Position numbers and translations under genes: made by a program. The notes below the pieces were generated by a model. The model saw only the letters and a program-made list of their open reading frames with translations. It was not told where the DNA came from and made no database searches. A DNA stretch of 64,000 nt, taken from Anolis carolinensis. Its lineage: Eukaryota. The stretch spans positions 18,339,190 to 18,403,189 of the forward strand of contig NC_085846.1 of NCBI RefSeq assembly GCF_035594765.1, in the 5' to 3' direction. Below, piece by piece: positions 26,991-45,900 of the stretch; within the stretch, counting starts at the first letter, position 1, and each line of letters opens with the position of its first letter.

Positions 26991-27016
26991 TTATTTTTTA
27001 TTATTATATATAGATA

Positions 27017-27570
27017 CTAGCTGTGCCCGGCCACGCGTTGCTGTGGCGAAGTCTAGTGGTATGGGAAATAAAGTATCGAGGAATTGGTGGTAGTTAAGGT
27101 AAAGGGTATAGGTTATCTCCTGACATTAAGTCCACTTGTGTCCGACTGCACACTGAAGTGGATTATATGGCAATGTGGAGTCAAGATAATCCAGTTCAAA
27201 GCGGATAATATATTATAAATGGGTTATATAACTGTGTGGAAGGGCCTTGAGTCTACACTGCCATATAATCCAGTGCAAATTAGATAATCTGTGGAAGAAG
27301 CCTAAGTGAGGCCTAAATCTGCCTGTCCCCTCAGCTGAGTTGGTTGCTAGGAGACCAAGTGGGCAGAGATTAGTCCTCTAACTGGCAGCAATTGGATAAA
27401 AACAATTATTCCTTCCCCTCTAATTAGGACTTTTATTTTTCTTTTCTTTTTGTTGTATCAACCTTGAGGCATGGATGATGGGTTGTGTTGTCAAATTTCG
27501 AGGTTGGGGGGCCTGTAGTTTTGTTGTTTTGTTGGTCGCCGTGATGCCATCAGTCTTTTATATATATAGA
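27017..27570 (-). mobile_element. Non-autonomous Helitron
   Basis: On the minus strand: 5' TCTATATATATAAAA, 3' hairpin (cgccacagcaacgcgtggc) plus CTAG, inserted between A and T with no TSD. Confidence 0.7.
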
Positions 27571-28589
27571 TACAAATACAGGTATCAGAAAATCTGGAAA
27601 AAAATCCAGTATCCAAATCAGGCTCAGTATTTTGGATAAGGATGCCAACTTGTACTGTATAGGCCAAGTCTTTTGCGTAGAGTTTGATGCCATATTGCTA
27701 CCATCTTGGTTCAATTGTGTCTCCATCCGTGAAGGAGTACTCCTCATGGAGTCATCAGGAATACCATTAGTCCCAAACATTCACTGGGGTTAAGGACACA
27801 AGACCCCTGTGAAAGTGAAAAGGCACATAATAAGAAATTGCTGGGCTTGTTTACTTGAGAGAACACATGCCTAGAATTTTTTTAAGTTCTTCCTAGAAGC
27901 TGACCAAAAATCACCTGAGAATCTAGACAGGTGTTCTGTCTAGAAATCCAGCATGACTGCAGGAAGTTGACTATAGGGTCACACTCGCAGACCTGGTAAT
28001 TTCTAGAGAGAACATTTTAATCAATGTGAAAAATTAAGTCAGTGAATAATCAAATCCACAAGACAAAACAGTGAATGTGGAGGGATGACTTTATTATGGA
28101 GCTGTGTTGACACAATGGGTGAAAGCCTTGTGCCAGCTGGACTTCTGACCTGAAGGTTGGGTTGCTGACCTGAAAGTTGCCAGTTTGAATTTGTGAAATG
28201 GGGTGAGCTCCCGTCTGTCAGCTCTAGCTTGCAGGGACATGAGAGAAGCCTCGCAACAGGATGGTAACACATTCAGGCATCCCATGGGCACGGCCAATTC
28301 TCTCACACCAGAAGTGACTTGTAGTATGTTCTCAAGACACTTCTAACAGGATTAAAAAAAATCTTTATTATGAATTTTATTGAATATGGAATATGCATGA
28401 AAAAACAGTTCCCTTCTTGCTCAGTACTGAGGAAAATGATAAGTGGACATACCAGAATTTAAACCACGATAGGAACGGTGCCAGGCAGACACTGACACCC
28501 CCGTTATCGTGGGATGCCAGTGGGTATTTGCCGTGTCTGTTGATGATACAGGTCAACACCCAACACCATTCCCTCTTGACTTGTTGACT

Positions 28590-28600
28590 CTCATATAAGG
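28590..28600 (+). promoter_or_regulatory. TATA-like box of the IgV gene
   Basis: CATATAAG about 50 bp upstream of the ATG at 28643. Confidence 0.45.
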
Positions 28601-28642
28601 TGCATTTACCATTTCTAGAAGAGCTGAAGCCACCTTCAAAAA

Positions 28643-30722
28643 ATGGACATCTTGCCATTGATCTTTCTTGCTGCCTTTTGCTGCCTTGGAAATGCCAGTG
28701 AGTTCTTGTTTAAACAATAATTCCTGCTTGTATTCGTGTTAGTGTTTAACAAGCTGTGCATTGTGTTTACTTGGGTTGCTGATTGATTTTTGGTAAACCT
28801 CTAAAAATAGTTTAAACATATTTATTATACCAACTTTCTTCCAATTCTCTATATTATTTTGAGTGCTATTAGTCATTACAACTTGATTAGCCACCCAGCC
28901 TTAAATGTCATATTACGAGTAACATAATTGCTTGTGACTTGTTACTTCAGAGACCTTTACTGTTGTGTGCCTTAGAGTAGTTTCTGACTTATGGGGACCC
29001 TACGGTGACTCTACCACAGGGTTTTATTTGGCAAGATTTCTTTATGTCTTCCATTGTCATTGTTTCCCATTGAGGCTGAGTGTGTGTGACCTGTCCATGG
29101 CTGAGTAGGGATTGGAAACCTGGTCTCCAGAATCATAGTCCAATACTCTCAAACTACTACACTGGTTCTAGAAGTTGACCATAAGGTTGCATAGGAGTGT
29201 ATAGAGATTCCCAGAAAGAATCAGCAAAAGTCAAACCCACAAATGTGAGGTTGACCTTAATAAAGTTTATGTAGCTGAAAATTATTTCAAGGGTTCCTCT
29301 GGGGTTCACAACAGCTTTAACCAGCTGTAGCATTTTATCCCTTGGATTTCTTTTAATTCCAAACCTACACTGAAATAGGGACAATGCTGGCTCTCATGCA
29401 TTTTTATTTTGTACTCTTTCATGCGTCCTGACCAGCCAAGAAGCTCCATGTGCAGACAGATCCTTCCCTGGTGAAAGCTGCAGTGGGTGATGATGTTTTG
29501 CTGGATTGCAGGTTTACCGTCAATGCGACGACACTGGACCTCAGCCTTTTCTCAATCTTGTGGTTTCACCGGGGCAAACAATTGGCAGAGTTTGATGACA
29601 CAGTGACTGTGTTCAAGCAAGGAATCAGCCTGAACAAGGAAGAGCTGGTGAAGGGCAATGCTTCCCTGGCCATCTCCCAGGTTTCAGCCGAAAACTCTGG
29701 CAAATACAGATGTTACGTCACATATTCACCAGAGGTTGTCATCAGAGAAGTAACTTTGCAAGTTGATGGTAAGAGAGTCGATAGTGGGTTGGTAGCGAGG
29801 CAAGAGTGGGTACGTTTAACAAATTAGGACTGGAAGCCCTTACACAGTAAGGTTGCACCTAAATGGTAGAATTAATGTAGTTTGGCACCACTTAAACTGC
29901 TATGACTCAATGCAATGGAATCCTGGGATTCTATAGCATTGTTGAGGCACCAGGCAGAGAAGGCTAAAGACCTTATAAAACTACAATTCACATTATTCTA
30001 TAGCATTAAGCCATGTTGGTATAACACTGCATTAATTCTACAGGGCAGATGTCCCCTTAGGCCCCTTCTACACTGCCATATAATCCAGATTACCAACACA
30101 GATAATCCACATAATCTGCTTTGACCTGGATTATATGAGCCTACACTGTGATATAATCCAGTTCAAAGTAGATAATCTGGATTTCATAAACAGTTTAGAA
30201 GGGCCTTAGTGTCCCTCAATATCACACAGCAGTGGAATATCGAGAAAGAAATGACACTTATCTCTTGGTGCATATGTGCCTTCGAGTGCCTGTTGACTTA
30301 TGTCAGTTTGAAAGCAATGAATACTTAAGAGTTGGCTTTGCCAGTTCTTTCCACTGAAATGCAACCTACTGCATCAGTTATTCCTTGGCAATACCCCATC
30401 CAAGTACTGACCAGAGCTCACCCTGCTTAGCTTTCAAGATCAAACAGGATCTGGTGCTTTGGGTCAATGAATTTCCAGCATTGTGTGTGTGTTTGTCATC
30501 TTTTTTCTATTTTCCGCAGACCCCTTGCAGAAACAGGAGGATGATCTGGAAGAGGATTCTTTTCTCTCCAGACCGTGTTTTGGCCGTTCGGAGATCCTGA
30601 GCAAGCTGGATCAGATCACCATAGCTTTGGATCAACTCATGGCAACCCTCCAGGAGTTTGTGAGCAGCAAGGCTGTCAACGGATGCCGTTCTGACGTAGC
30701 CTCCCAGGAGCCCCTGGGCTAA
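28643..30722 (+). CDS. Predicted secreted single IgV-domain protein, B7-H6/NCR3LG1-like, with a C-terminal coiled coil (196 aa)
   Basis: Exon 28643-28697: signal peptide MDILPLIFLAAFCCLGNA. Exon 29436-29768: V-set domain (DVLLDCRF, ILWF, GNASLAISQVSAENSGKYRCYVTYSPE). Exon 30520-30722: acidic linker plus heptad tail, TAA. Phase-1 introns, 591 nt in frame, AATAAA at 30828. Confidence 0.85.
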
Positions 30723-31760
30723 TTCCGTTTCTTCTCTCCCATGCATTAAAATGGATTTCAGTCCCATTTAGTTTCAATCTTCCTGGGACCATAGTACATA
30801 CCATTATGTTACATATATAGGATAGCTAATAAACCATTCTTGCTGTGCTGCATTTCCTAGGATTCTCAGCCTCTGAGTAATATATCCATTAAATCTGCTT
30901 TGTAGTAGATTAAATAAAGAGTGTGTCCTGATTCTGTTTGCATAGACAGGAATGTGGCGAGGTTGGGATCAAAGCATTTTCTGAAATGGAGTACTGTATG
31001 ACCCCTGAATTTATGTGAGAGGTATTCCCAGATACACAAAGCCACAGATAATAGCAAACCCTATGGAAATGAAGGACTTATGGCGCAAGGAACAATAGAA
31101 TGGCACTGGAGGATCACAATGTTGTTGTACATTGATAAATAACACTGTGGATACTGGGATCATACTGTCCTATATACCAGGATTTTGGGGAGGAATGGAA
31201 GCAGGGCAATGAGACAGAGATTTTGGGGCAGATAACTCCTGGTACATGCCTGTTGTACGGCATTCAATAAACTACTCACTTAATACCTAACTAGAACAAA
31301 CAATCTTAGGGGATGAAGTCTAACATCACTGAGCATTGTCATGTTTATTTTAACAGAAAATTTACATTGGTACCTATTCAGAAAACAATATTCATAATGT
31401 GAGTTATTTATCTAATCTGCCAAATCGGTATTATATAGCAAGGAAAAGTCAGGTAGGTAAATTATGTGTAGATGGCCTCATCAAAACTGCCACATAATGC
31501 AGTTTCAGAATGCATTGAAATGCATTATATGGCAGCGTAGTCTCATATAATACAATTCAATGCAGTGAAACTGCACTATGAAACTGCATTATATGACAGT
31601 GTAGATGAGGCGTAAGTAATGAAATGGAATGTACAAAAATCTAAGAAGGGAAGAATCAAATACATACCCGGCTGAACTAATTCTAGGGATCAGTTTACAC
31701 TAATACAGTTTGATATCATTTTAACTGCAATGGCTCAATGCTATGGAATCATAGGAGTTG

Positions 31761-32876
31761 AACGGCCTGCCTCAGGGGAGCGTGCTTGCTCCAGAAATGT
31801 TTAACATTTATACAAATGATCAGCCACTGCCTGAAGGGACAGAGAGTTTAATCTATCCTGACGATTGTGCCATCACCACCCAAGCAGGGAGCTTTGAAAT
31901 GGTTAACAGAAGCTCTCTGAAGCTTTAGGTGCTCTTACTGCCTATTACAGGGGAAACCAGCTGATTCCTAATCCATCTAAAATACAGACATGTGCTTTTA
32001 GCCTTAAGAATAGACAAGCATCTCGAGCTTTGAGGATTACCTGGGAAGAAATCTCACTAGAGCATTGCAGCACACCAAAATACCTGGGAGTCACTCTGGG
32101 CTGTGCTCTGACTTATAAGAAGCACTGCTTGACTATTAAGCAAAAAATGGGTGCTAGTCATAGAAATAACATACGAAAGCTGAATGGCACAACCTGGGAA
32201 TCACAACCAGACACAGTGAAGACATCTGCCCTTGCTACTCTGCTGCTGAATACGCATGCCCAGTGTGGAATACATTTCACCACATGAAAACAGTGGATGT
32301 GGCTCTTATTGAGACATGCTGCATTATCACAGGATATCTACACCCTACACCGCTGGAGAAATTATACTGTTTAGCCGATATTGCACCACCTGACATCCGC
32401 TGGGAAGTAGCAGCGGATAATGAAAGGGCCAAGGCATTGACACCTCCAGCCCAACACCTGTTAGGATATTAGCCAGCATGCCAATACCTTAAATCAAGAA
32501 ATAAGTTTTCTGAGATCTACAGAGATACTCACAGGAACATCTCAGCAAGCGAAATCCTGGAACCTCAAGCCATGGCTGATACCGAATGAGAGACTCCCCC
32601 CTGGGCACACAGAAGACTGGGTGACTTGGAAGGCTCTGAACAGACTGGCACCACGAGTGGAGTCCACAACATGCGAGTGTGGAGAAGAGCAAACCACAGA
32701 CCACCTATTACAATGCAGTCTGAGCCCTGCCACATGCACAATGGAGGACTTTCTTACAGTGACACCAGAGGCACTCCAAGTGGCCAGTTACTGGCCAAAG
32801 GACATTTAGTATAATGCCAATTTTTGAACTTTGTGCTTTTAAATATATTAAACTGACACAATAAATAAATAGATAG
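31761..32876 (+). mobile_element. 5'-truncated Vingi (Ingi-group) non-LTR retrotransposon
   Basis: RT motifs GLPQGSVLAP/FNIYTND, PKYLGVTL and a C-terminal CxCG...HLLQC knuckle; (AAAT) tail; 10-bp TSD ATAGGAGTTG at 31751-31760 and 32877-32886. Confidence 0.8.
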
Positions 32877-33111
32877 ATAGGAGTTGCAATTTGACAAAGT
32901 CTTTAGACTTTTTTTGCCAAAGAGTGTTGTGCGTGAGTAAACTACAACTCCCAGGATTCCATAGCATGGAGCCATGACAGTTAAAGTGGTTCAAACTGCA
33001 CCAATTCTACAGCGTAGATGTACCCTGTATGTATAAGTCTTATGACTTATGGCATTCTCACGGGTTTTTTAAAATGTAGGAAAGGAAGAATCAGAAGTGC
33101 TTCTTCCTTTG

Positions 33112-33566
33112 GGCTGGGCTGTGGCGCAGGCTGTTGAGCAGCTGCAATAAATCACTCTGACCATGAGGTCATGAGTTCGAGGCCAGCCCGTGGCAGGGTG
33201 AGCACCCGTCAATTAAAAATAAAAAATAGCCCCTGCTTGTTGCTGACCTAGCAACCCGAAAGATAGTTGCATCTATCAAGTAGGAAATAAGGTACCACTT
33301 ATAAAAAAAGTGGGGAGGCAAGTTTAACTAATTTAATACCTGGAATGAGGAAGTGCCGTCAGAGTGGATGATGAACAGCTGCTCCCCCCTGTGGCCAGAA
33401 TCGAACATCCCCTCAGGAGAAGGTTAAATTGCCTCTGTCTGTCTTGTTCTCTGTTTGATGTGTTTATGGGCATTGAATGTTTGCCCTATGTGTGTATAAT
33501 GTGATCCGCCCTGAGTCCCCTTCGGGGTGAGAAGGGCGGAATATAAATACTGTAAATAAATAAATA
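33112..33566 (+). mobile_element. tRNA-derived SINE with L2-type tail (long form)
   Basis: Head 'gctgggctgtggcgcaggct...gagttcgagg', tail 'gagtccccttcggggtgagaagggcgg...aaataaataaat'. Confidence 0.75.
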
Positions 33567-33584
33567 CATCCCCTTCTATTCAAC

Positions 33585-33660
33585 GGTGGCCTCCCATCCA
33601 AGAACTAACCAGGGCTGACCCTGCTTAGCTTTCAAGATCAGACAGGATCTGGTGGTTTTT
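33585..33660 (-). mobile_element. 5S rRNA-derived SINE fragment
   Basis: 'cccatccaag.actaaccagggc..accctgcttagct...aagatcagac.ggatc' is a degenerate reverse-complement of 5S. A second fragment lies at 30390-30460. Confidence 0.55.
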
Positions 33661-33824
33661 TGAGTTAGAGGGTCAGTTTATGGGGCTTTTCCTTTAAGAC
33701 CCTCCCCTTGGACTTTGGCCGGCTTACAAGGAGGCGTCCCTTGGCTTCGCAACTCCGGAGGAAGTGCCTGGAGGAGGAGGAGATCAGCTGAAGTCGGGCC
33801 GAAGTCTTGCAAAAAAAAAGCGTC

Positions 33825-41026
<7,202 letters not shown>

Positions 41027-41292
41027 AACACTTTTCCCTTTTCTAGCATATTAGACTTGCCCACTTCTGGGTTGTGGGGAAAAGATGCCGAGCATAGCAT
41101 TTAACATGTCTATTCTAGAATAAATTTTAGCCAGGTTTGCAACTCTACCTCTGTGTTTTGGGTTGTGCGGGAGGGAGCATTTCTAATTTTCTATTAACCT
41201 CTGAAGGAGTACCCCTTTTGTCCTGAAAGATTTTCCCATTGTCCTCACTTTTATTCTAAAGATATGAAGGGGTGTTGCGATTACGTGATGGT

Positions 41293-41957
41293 AAGGTGGC
41301 GCAGTGGGTTAAATCGCTGAGCTGCTGAACTTGCTGACCAAAAGGTCAGTGGTTCGAATCTGGGGAGCAGGGTGAGCTCCCACTGTTAGCCCCAGCTTCT
41401 GTCAACCTAGCAGTTCAAAAACATGCAAATGTGAGTAGATCAATAAACACTGTTCTGGTGGGAAAGTAACAGTGCTCCATGTAGTCATGCTGGCCACATG
41501 ACCTTGGAGGTGTCTACGAACAACGCCGGATCTTTGGTTTAGAAATGGAGATGAGTGCCAACCCCCAGAGTCGGACACGACTAGACTTAATATCAGGGGA
41601 AAACCTTTACCTAAGGAAAAATGTGGAGCCTCTGGTGGCTCAGTGTGTTAAAGCACTGAGCTGCTGAACTTGCAGACCAAAAGATCCCAGGTTCAAACCC
41701 AGGGAGCGGAGTGAGCACCCGCTGTTAGCTCCATCTTCTGCCAACCTAGCAGTTCAAAAACATGCAAATGTGAATAGATCAATAGGTACTACTCCGGCGG
41801 GAACGTAACGGCGCTCCATGCAGTCATGCCGGCCACATGACCTTGGAGGTGTCTACGGACAACGCTGACTCTTCGGCTTAGAAATGGAGTTGAGCACCAA
41901 CCCCCAGAGTCGGACATGACTAGACTTAATATCAGGGGAAAACCTTTACCTTTACCT
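41293..41957 (+). mobile_element. Two tandem full-length Sauria SINEs (41293-41612 and 41626-41957)
   Basis: tRNA-like heads and (ACCTTT)n tails. Confidence 0.85.
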
Positions 41958-42981
41958 AAGGGAAATGCACTCTACACATGCCTGAAGGCACTCTTCTTTA
42001 TTATTGTTTCATATATTTGATGGCTTAGCCCTAGTAGAGGGACCAAAAACAGTTTATGGAACTAAAATCTTCAACTTTTCAGAAAATACAGGAGTCATGA
42101 GGTGCTTGCAGCTGAGTTTTTTTATTTTACCCCATGTCATTGATATTATTTTACAGCATATCATGATCTTCCACTTATAACCTGCCATTTTTCCAGTTGT
42201 TTCTTTGACAGTTCTTCTTAATGCCAGAAAAAAATCCATTAAGAAGAGAAGATAAAATGCTTTCTAACTATCCGTGCCAAAAGAAGCTTCAACCTGGAAG
42301 TAGCCAGAGCTGCCACCTGCTCCGCTCATGTATGGGCAGATCTCATTCCTTTCCCAAAGAACTCAGGGATCCTGTACACACAAGTGGTCATATGGTTTAA
42401 TTTGGCACCAAGGCAGTGTTTTATGACAGCCGAGTTGGGAAGAGGGAGGGAGGGAGAGAGATCTTAGCCCCTGGGCAGGGACGACAAATTTATGCAGAAA
42501 TACAAGGGCAAACTTCCAAACATTTGATTAAAAGTGTACTGTAATGGAACAGGCTTCTCACCTATGTCCTCATGATTTGGTACAACAAGGGATTATGCGA
42601 TATGTTTCAACCCCAGAGACTTCTGGTAACATTACCTAGTCTGATTAGTGCATATTAGATGACAGCAGCAGTCAATAAGAATACAGCAAGAAAGTATACA
42701 GGGGTGATCATGAAAGAAGAGAAGGTTGAAGCTGGTATGGCGAATCTGCCCTTGATTCAAAATGGGAAAACATCCATGAAAGTAAACCATGATTTGGAAG
42801 GCACAGTGTCTTGCATCGCTGACGGGAGAACATGATGAGAAGATGTGAATATAAACAGGACGTGCTGGGATCGACCATGATCAGCAATACAAGTCCTTAG
42901 TGGAAGACCATGATTTGTCCATACCGAGGTGTTGGTGGCATCTCTCCTGGTGGGTGCAAGAATCCCACTTTAAAGGAAGGT

Positions 42982-45900
42982 TCAGGGTCGTACAGGAGTC
43001 TGTGCCAGGAACAAGGAGTTCAGGGAAGTGGCTGCTAAGATCCCGCGGCTGCTGATATGGGTGCTGTAGACCCCTCCAGGCAGCCCATTCAGTGCCCCCG
43101 TACTCTGGCAGGAAAGTGAGAGAACAATGGATTAGAAAGTCTCCAAATCTTTTTTCCATCTCATCTTTTGATAAGCATATCCCAAAATGTACAGTCATCT
43201 TCTATTTTTATATAGAAATTGCTTAAAAAACAGTCTGACATTTGGAGAAACTGAACCTGACTGATTTGTTCTAGGTTTTGAATGCAGAGAAGCGGATAGA
43301 TTTGTTGTTGTATGCCTTCAAGGCATTGCTGACTTATGGCAACATTATCACAGGGTTTCCTTGGCAAGATTTGCCTTTGCTTTCCTCAGAAACCGAGGAG
43401 ATCATCTGGTTAGCAAAGGGAATTGTACAATTAGATCCCCAATCGTCCTATTTCAAGTTCTGTCTTCTCATCACATATGTTTCTCTCTTCATGTTTTAGC
43501 CCGTTGTTGCCCACGTCTGAAACCATCACACAGGAAACCCTTTTCTCTGCCCTCTCTGTATTACTATTTTTTAAATCAGGGAAAATTTCAAGATCAAAAG
43601 CCAAGGTTACTATGGACCTCATCCCAGGGGAAATTTTAAACCCCTTTGCACTAAACTGGCTCACAAGCTGATACGACTAGTGGTTAAATGTTATCAGTAA
43701 AACAGCATCTCCTGTCATATTGAAGGACAGTACAGTGTTCAGGGTTGTTGTATGTCTTTCGGGCTGTGTGGCCATGTTCCAGAAGTATTCTCTCCTGACG
43801 TTTTGCCCACATCTATGGCGAAACGTCATACTTCGCTACTTCACAGTTCGCTTTTCAACACTGTATTAGGAAACAGAACTGGCCATAAAATATAAGATAC
43901 TGTAGATCTGTCCTCCAAGCATGTATTTATACTGTAGAATTAATTCAGTTTGACACCACTGTAACTGCTATGGCTCTAAACTATGGGATTGGAAGTTTGG
44001 TAAAGCACCAGTACGTTGGAAGGATGCTCAAGATCTAGCAAAACTTTAACTTCCATGATTTCATAGCATCCAAAGATATTAAACCCAGGACTTGAGTCCA
44101 AAAGCACTTATTCCCCCATTCAGACATCCTACTTCTCCAAACAGGTGTCTCAACCATACCATGAGGATCCTCCTGTCAATAAGCCGGCATAAGTTGTTTC
44201 GACTCCCACCAGCTATGATGTGATCAAGACCGAGGAAATGACAGGTATAAATCTGGAGAAGAAAAAAGAGCAAGATCATGAGAATTGGATGGAATCAGAA
44301 GGAATCAGTATTTATCTACAGCAGAAAATAAGTGAGCCAAATCAAATGGAAAAAGGGAGAGGAAGGAAGAGAAATCTAGGCTATTCAATGTATTGCTTTC
44401 ATTGAATGCGTGTCTGAGTGGAAAAAAGAAGGGGAAAGTACATCTTTCCTCAACCTAAATGCCTTTCCACGTCTGTTGGACTGCAACGTTGCTCATCTTC
44501 AAGCAGTATGCAATGGGCAAGCTGAGTAATGATGAGAAAGGTAGTCCAGTACATCCAAAACATGCCATCTTGAGAGCGGACAATCTAATACATTTTGTGA
44601 GCGTCTTTCTTTGTGAAAGGAGGACTCAGTTAATGGATAGACTCAAAAATTTGGTTGGAAAGAGATCTTTCAACCTGCGAGTGACCCCGAAAGTCTTCAG
44701 GGATGTCCATGATTTTGGCACATGTGTCGGCGTCCCAGATCTAGGAAAAGAAAAGAATTTGTATTATTGTATTGTATTGGAGAGAGACAGTAGTGATTTG
44801 AATGTTGAACTATGATTCTGGAGACCAGGGTTTGATTCCTCACTCGGCCATAGAAACCTACTAGGTGACCTTGGTGGGTCACACATATGTTTCCATAAGT
44901 TGAAAATGACTTGAAGAAAGACAACAATTTTATTGCACAGCTGTTTCAGGGAATGCTAAAAATATATATTGAATGCATTTAATGTGTGTATACAAACACA
45001 TACACAAATTTAGTTTTTAATAATATACACCACATAATCCTAAATTACACTCAGTTATAACAGTCAAACTTAATGAAACAACTATAGAGCTCTATTTTTC
45101 ATTTTCGTGAGTAGCTGCCTGAGATAGCTACACTTATGATAGGGAAAATGGTACTCCCGAGAAAGTAATTAATCAATTTTCTGCTCTATTAATTTACATC
45201 TAGCTCTCTTCCAATTTTCAGGCTATAGTTAGCATCACAAGAAGGAGAAGGAAATAGGAACATCACATGTTTTTATCTTTAACAGATTTCTTAGGATTTA
45301 CTGCAGGAAAAATGCATAGACTGTATAACAGGGTGCTTCTACACTGTAAAATTAATGTAGTTGGATACCACTTTACCTGCTATGCTCAATGCTATGGAAT
45401 TATGGGATTTGTGGTTTGGTGAATTACCAGCACCATATGGCAGAAAGGGCGAAAAACCTTGTAAAACTACAGCTCCCATGTTTCCAAAGCATTGAAAAGT
45501 GGTGTTGGCATTACTCAATATTTCGAAAAGCAGTAAGGCATCGCAGTTTTACTCATTACTTGTGAGTAATGAGGAATGTAACAAAACAGGAATTTCCAAT
45601 CGAATTTTGTAAACAACACATTATTGAAAATGATATAAAAACAAGTTATCAGCACCCTCACTTTCCCGAAAAAGTTATTGGAAGATAGTACTGGTTTTTT
45701 AAAGTAATAATTTCAAGATCTGGACCCACCTTAAAAAAAAACAACAACAGAGAAAAGGCAACAGTGTTCTTTGATTGCCTGAAATAAACAGTAATGCTTG
45801 GCTCATCACCATTCCGTCTTATCCAATATCCCACATTTTCTTCCTGGTACAGTTACCCCTCTACATCTGTGGTTTTGACTTTTGAGGACCTGATTATTCA

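Noticed and set aside
30390-30460. 5S rRNA-like sequence
   Set aside because: Partial and degenerate; a SINE-derived fragment, not an rRNA gene.
41293-41957. Direct repeats resembling an array, or tRNA genes
   Set aside because: Tandem Sauria SINEs with tRNA-derived heads; no CRISPR structure, and the context is eukaryotic.
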